Positions 34,131-39,173 of a stretch of 39,173 nt of DNA are shown in pieces. The first letter of the stretch is position 1. Each line of letters starts with the position of its first letter. Position numbers and translations under genes: made by a program. Origin of the DNA: Octopus bimaculoides (Eukaryota); contig NC_068983.1 in the NCBI RefSeq assembly GCF_001194135.2, forward strand, positions 10,021,058 through 10,060,230. Direction: 5' to 3'. The notes under the pieces were generated by a model. It did not search any database. It saw only the letters and a program-made list of their open reading frames with translations, and was not told the DNA's origin.

Positions 34131-34639
34131 TGTAACTTCAACTGTGCCAATCCACGACAACAAATTATGGCTTCCTTGATTCACTACTTGAATTTCCAAG
34201 TGAGTGCACCTACTCACATTCTCTCATAATTAAACTCCTCCTGTTATCCTTATTGTTATTACAGTCACTTCCCACTACTCCACTGTTACTTCTAACAACA
34301 GCTCACTTTGTTGGGGTCGTCGTGCTCATTGGTCTGGATGCTGTCGGAGTTGGTATGGATGTTGGAGCTGTTGCCGTAGCTGATGGTTGTGGTAGTAATG
34401 GTGGTGGTGTTCTTGGTGGTATTGATGGTGTTAGTGGCGCTGTTGTCGTTGGTGTGATGTTGTTGTTGTTGGTGGTGGTGTAATGAATGACATTGGTGAT
34501 GTTTTCGGTGTTGTTGTAGTTGGTATAGCTGATTGGTTTTGTTAGTGGTGTTGGTCATACTGTTGTCGACGTTACAGTTCTTTGATGTGTTTCTGTTGTC
34601 GGCGGTGCATGAATAGTAGGTCCATGACATATGCAGAAG

Positions 34640-35042
34640 TGTAAAGCCATTGAGTGTTAAAGTATTACTATTACACTTTCACTTGTCGACTGACATGCGC
34701 GAATGTATATCTGTGTGTATAAAAGTGAAACAATAACGTGATATATTCGCTGTGTGTGTGTGTGTGTGTGTACTCTATGCACAGCCTTTCATTGTTTATA
34801 ATCTGTTTTTTGGTTACGAAATAAGTTAGACAAACGTGTATTTACTTTATATAAATATATGAGTTGAAAACGTTTTCACAACTTCAATTAATGTCTACGT
34901 TCCATACTGGTATGAGCTGCAGATTTATTAATGTAGAAAGTTGGTATCTCAGCTACTAGCAGTTGAAACCTGCGTAATCTAGACGACGTTTTTAGATTTC
35001 ATTGTTTTCGTTAACCCGGGCAACGCCAGGTATTTCTGCTAG
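34640..35042 (+). mobile_element. Non-autonomous Helitron, 3' end (5' boundary uncertain)
   Basis: Hairpin ACCCGG-GCAACG-CCAGGT (35014-35031) followed 7 nt later by terminal CTAG (35039-35042) and T, the canonical Helitron 3' signature. Confidence 0.7.
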
Positions 35043-35075
35043 TGTGTGTGTGTGTGTGTGTACGATACGCAATGC

Positions 35076-35464
35076 TTGTTGTTGGCACTCCGTCGCTTAC
35101 GACGTCGAGGGTTCCAGTTGATCCGATCAGCGGAACAGCCTGTTCGTGAAATTAATGTGCAAGTGGCTGAGCACTCCACAGACACGTGTACCTTTAACAT
35201 AGTTCTTGGGGTAATTCAGCGTGACACAGAGTGTGACAAGGCTGACCCTTTGAAAAACAGGTACAACAGAAACAGGAAGAAAGAGTGAGAGAAAGTTGTG
35301 GTGAAAGAGTACAGCAGGGTTCACCACCATCCCCAGCTGGAGCCTCGTGGAGCTTTAGGTGTTTTCGCTCAATAAACACTCACAACGCCCAGTCTGGGAA
35401 TCGAAACCGTGATCCTATGACCGCGAGTCCGCTGCCCTAACCACTGGGTCTTTGCGCCTCCACA
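35076..35464 (-). mobile_element. Full-length ~385-bp tRNA-headed SINE, second copy
   Basis: Colinear and highly similar to 26016-26397. Confidence 0.9.
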
Positions 35465-35799
35465 TATGCGCAATGCATGTTAAACGAAAACAATAATTCA
35501 ACAAAAAGCTTGCTGAATGTTTTTCGCTTTTTCTGATGTTTGGTGAAATGGTCCGTAATTCCCCCATTTGCATTCATCGTTTGGAGCCGTAAAAACATGG
35601 CAACAGTCTGAATAGAGGGAGGGGAGGGGAGTTATAGGGTTAAAGCAAACGTACTTGACACTTTCATACAGCAGCAGATATTCTCATTAATCAGCGAGAT
35701 TCTTATCTCATTTCTGGTGGTGATGACTGAATTATCCGGTTTACTGCCAAAATGCAAGTAAGAACATGCGCGCACGCGTGTGTGCGTGCATGGGCTTGT

Positions 35800-35897
35800 G
35801 TGTGGAGGCGCAATGGCCTCGTGGTTAGGGCAGCGGACTCGCGGTTTCGAATCCCAGACCGGGCGTTGTGAGTGTTTATTGCGCGAAAACACCTAAG
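35800..35897 (+). mobile_element. 5' head of the same SINE, 3'-truncated, with a 14-bp internal deletion
   Basis: TGTGGAGGCGCAATGGCCTCGTGGTTAGGGCAGCGGACTCGCGG|TTTCGAATCCCAGACCGGGCGTTGTGAG. Confidence 0.9.
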
Positions 35898-35984
35898 TAT
35901 ATGCATATATATGTACATGTATGTATATACCTTCATCCACATGTACATATAGATACATTACTGGGTACATGACGTGGCAAAAGA

Positions 35985-36175
35985 ACATGGACAAAATGGT
36001 AAACAAGGTGCAACAAACGAGCAGGCCACATAGAAACATCTCCTTCATCAGCTGCCACCATTAAAACTCCGGCGTTTCGAAGAATTAAGGCAGTACGCAT
36101 CGTTAAAATGGTTCTTCCCACGAACACAAATTAAATTGTTTTCGTGGAGGGTAGTGGCGAACGGAAAACAAGACA
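35985..36175 (-). mobile_element. PLE pLTR-like remnant with hammerhead-core words
   Basis: Minus strand ...CGAAACGCCGGAGTT...CAGCTGATGAAGGAGATGTTTCTATGT; same layout as 36690-36800. Confidence 0.5.
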
Positions 36176-36347
36176 GGAANNNNNNNNNNNNNNNNNNNNN
36201 NNNNNNNNNNNNNNNNNNNNNNNNNNNNNNNNNNNNNNNNNNNNNNNNNNNNNNNNNNNNNNNNNNNNNNNNNNNNNNNNNNNNNNNNNNNNNNNNNNNN
36301 NNNNNNNNNNNNNNNNNNNNNNNNNNNNNNNNNNNNNNNNNNNNNNN

Positions 36348-36401
<54 letters not shown>

Positions 36402-36639
36402 TATGTATGTTTGTATGTATGTATGTATGTATTATGTATATATGTGTGTGGGTGCGTATTCTTTTATTCATTTACTTGTTTCAGTCATTTGACTGTGGCC
36501 ATGCTGGAGCACCGTCTTTAGTTGAACAAATCGACTCCAGGACTAATTCTTTGTAAGCCTAGTACTTATTCTATCGGTTTCTTTTGCTGACCCCGTCTGG
36601 CTTAGCAGCCCTCATTATTTGTTATACTGTCCTGTTTAT

Positions 36640-36930
36640 GTTACCAAGTTTGACCCTCCGCAAATCCCAAATTTTATTTTGGTTTGCGGGAGCAACTGTT
36701 TTCTCGAAAGCACATATTGTTGTGAATTGCTCGAAATGTGGAGTAGATAAACAGCCGACAACTGATGAAGGGTCGTTCTTTATGTTACTTGTCTTGTTTT
36801 CCATTTGTTTCTCTCGTTGTTTGCAAAAAAAAGTTTGTCTTCGTATTTCATGTTGTTTTTCGTATTCCATGTTGTTTTTCGTATTTCGGATTTCATGTTA
36901 TCGTATTTCATGTTGTTTACATTTTGTGAC
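36640..36930 (+). mobile_element. PLE pLTR-like remnant with hammerhead-core words and a short tandem repeat
   Basis: CGAAATGTGGAGTA...CAACTGATGAAGGGTCGTTCTTTATGT, followed by ~19-bp TTCGTATTTCATGTTGTTT repeats. Confidence 0.5.
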
Positions 36931-37195
36931 GTCCTGTACCCATATATGCATGTATATATATATATACTCGGATTAGAGATATTTGTATTTTATTAGAATA
37001 TATGTATTTTTTTACATTGTGTGTTTTATGTATACGTATTTTTTTATATTATTTTTTTCTTATGTGTTTGTGGACCATGGTGTATTTTTTTTATATGTGA
37101 TTGATTGTTTGAGAGGTGTTGTTGTATATTGAGTCGTTGACCCGAATGTAATGTTTTTATTCTGTCACTAATGCTTTTTTACACACATACATACA

Positions 37196-37258
<63 letters not shown>

Positions 37259-37565
37259 NNNNNNNNNNNNNNNNNNNNNNNNNNNNNNNNNNNNNNNNNN
37301 NNNNNNNNNNNNNNNNNNNNNNNNNNNNNNNNNNNNNNNNNNNNNNNNNNNNNNNNNNNNNNNNNNNNNNNNNNNNNNNNNNNNNNNNNNNNNNNNNNNN
37401 NNNNNNNNNNNNNNNNNNNNNNNNNNNNNNNNNNNNNNNNNNNNNNNNNNNNNNNNNNNNNNNNNNNNNNNNNNNNNNNNNNNNNNNNNNNNNNNNNNNN
37501 NNNNNNNNNNNNNNNNNNNNNNNNNNNNNNNNNNNNNNNNNNNNNNNNNNNNNNNNNNNNNNNNN

Positions 37566-38995
37566 GGTTAGTTTTCTTCTGACTATCCGTTCCATGTGCG
37601 AGGTCAGATAGATAGGTCTGTAGTTTTTGACCTCTGCTCTGCTACCTCCTTTATGAATGGAGTATATTTTACCTTCCTTCAGCTTGCTTGGAAGTTTGCC
37701 GGTTGCAAGGAAGCTCTAGAAGAGAGACTGCAGTGGTCTTGCTAGGACTCGCTTACATGATTTTAGAAGGATTGCTGAGAATCCATCAGAGCCAGTAGCT
37801 GAGTTCGGGTTCATCTCATCTATAGCCTTCATTACATCGTCTTTTATATCGATGTAATCAATCATCACGGCCTCTGTTTTTATATCTGCACTGGCAAAAA
37901 TGTCAGCTGGATTGCTGACTTGCAAGTGCCCTAGGGGTGGAGTGAAAATACTTGAATTGCTCATTTAATATTTCACTTATCCTCATTGAGTTTCCAGTGA
38001 GTGAACCATCTTTTCCAAGGAGTGGCCCTACCCTGCAGTGCACTGAGGCTTTTTCTTTGGTAAACTTATGCAAGGCTCTGAGGTTAGATTTTATATTGTC
38101 TATAGCCCAGGCTTCTTTGTCTGCTCTTTCTTTTTCGTGGGAGAGTTGCAGATTTTATTCAATCTCCAGCGATTGTATTTTCAGGCGGGATTTTTCACTG
38201 CTTTCAAATTGTTTGTTTAGACGATTTGAAATTTTTGTACGCCGTCTCATAAGAAACTTTCCTCTCCCTGGGGATTTTGTTCTTGTGTACGGTGGCATTT
38301 CTCTCTGGGACATATTCGTAGCATATGGCTTGCATTACAGACATGAATAGTTGAAGTTTCATGTCAATGTCCAGTGAGGAGAGACATTTAGTCCAGCTTT
38401 GTTTGAGGATCTCTTTCTCAATTTGTTTCCAGTTTACCTTTTGGAAGTTCAAACTAGAAAGATTTTGAAAGTTTCTTGTAGGTTGCATGTCCATAGTTTC
38501 CTTTGGTCCGTACATGGTCAGCTCTACCATATTGTGATCCGAGAGTAGTGTCACTTATTATCTGTGAAGCAGAAATCCAGTATATTACCTGCCCTGGTTG
38601 GTTGGGGTACTATTTGCTCCATGTAAAGAGTGTTGATGAGGTTCAGGAGGGACTTCACCTGTCCTTGTTCGCAACGCACAATTCCTGGGAGGGAAAGGCA
38701 ATCAGGCCATCAGACATTAGGCAGATTGAAGTCTCTCATAAGAAGTACACTTATGTGTTCTAATGTAACTAGAACTTCTATTTTTGTAAGGAAATCTTCA
38801 AACATATCCGCATGACTCGGAGCATCTGGAGGGAGGTATGTTGTACATTTTACATCGAGTTGTTTTATATGTACAATTAGCGTGTCACATACTAAATTTG
38901 AGTGTGACAAAAGACCTGGGTGTGAGGTCTTCGCGGATGCGCATAGCAACTCTACTGTGACTCCTTTCTTTTCTCTCAATTCGTAACACAACAGT
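37566..38995 (-). mobile_element. CR1/Jockey-group LINE ORF2 remnant (APE endonuclease to start of RT), cut by a gap
   Basis: YLPP and RDFNLP plus LSDHNMV (APE motifs YRPP, GDFNLP, SDH), then MKAIDEMNPNSATGSDGFSAILLKSC..LARPLQSLF..IHKGGSRAEVKNYRPI (RT domain 0). Confidence 0.9.
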
Positions 38996-39023
38996 CTGTG
39001 CTATGTGAATTTCTCCATTTCTG

Positions 39024-39087
39024 CACGCTGGCATCTCTTCAGTTATCGGGCCATTGATGGCTCGACAACTGAAGAGATGCCGGCGTG
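39024..39087. repeat. 64-nt near-perfect hairpin (31-bp arms)
   Basis: On the plus strand there are 28 Watson-Crick pairs, 2 G-U pairs and 1 mismatch, with a 2-nt centre (39055-39056). Confidence 0.93.
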
Positions 39088-39124
39088 GGTTTCCGCCCCG
39101 ACATCCGAAACTCGGAGTTTTATC
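39064..39124 (+). ncRNA. Type I hammerhead-ribozyme-like motif with intact core
   Basis: GACAA-CTGAAGA-GATG...CATC-C-GAAA-CT-CGG-AG-T-T-TTATC; all conserved core nucleotides are present (see findings). Confidence 0.6.
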
Positions 39125-39173
39125 ATGGCTACCGAATAACTGTCACATTTTATATATATATATATATATATAT

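Larger units (their letters stand above)
16880..37565. other. Seven assembly gaps: 16880-17011, 18162-18663, 20672-21447, 24552-25058, 30693-30767, 36180-36347 and 37259-37565
   Basis: N runs, most of them abutting (TA)n or (GT)n microsatellites. Confidence 0.98.

Noticed and set aside
34253-34630. Thr/His/Asn-rich and Val/Gly-rich ORFs
   Set aside because: Low-complexity trinucleotide-like sequence beside the Gypsy remnant, with no domain or splice support.
16784-37611. Long ORFs in the track that contain X runs (e.g. 18042-18794, 20604-21547, 24395-25374, 37171-37611)
   Set aside because: They are open only because they cross N gaps and dinucleotide repeats.

Overview
Eukaryotic, AT-rich, microsatellite-dense draft-assembly window with seven N gaps. 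The repeat content looks like a coleoid cephalopod (Octopus) genome; this is inference from recognised repeat families. The left half (721-17782, + strand) holds the last 12 coding exons of the Mediator kinase-module subunit MED12. All 11 introns are GT-AG with consistent phases, giving about 675 aa that end in an interrupted polyQ tail and TGA. The right half has no recognisable host protein gene. It is a mosaic of decayed mobile elements: an RTE LINE, a CR1-type LINE, a Ty3/Gypsy pol remnant with LTR-like ends, a Penelope-like (PLE) ORF C-terminus, a Helitron 3' end, Tc1/mariner MITEs and several tRNA-derived SINE families. The most unusual signal is a set of five hammerhead-ribozyme-like motifs of the PLE/retrozyme type (20.35, 30.2, 36.0, 36.7 and 39.07 kb). 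The 39.07 kb motif has an intact catalytic core, and an upstream 31-bp antisense arm could sequester it. Also notable are near-perfect palindromes and reverse-complementary repeat pairs in MED12 introns (dsRNA/circRNA candidates), a ~300-bp inverted repeat around a gap, a helix-rich segment at 29.8 kb and a possible spliced non-coding transcript at 27.6-29.7 kb. All alignments and folds were done by eye. Repeat boundaries are approximate, while exon boundaries are exact.
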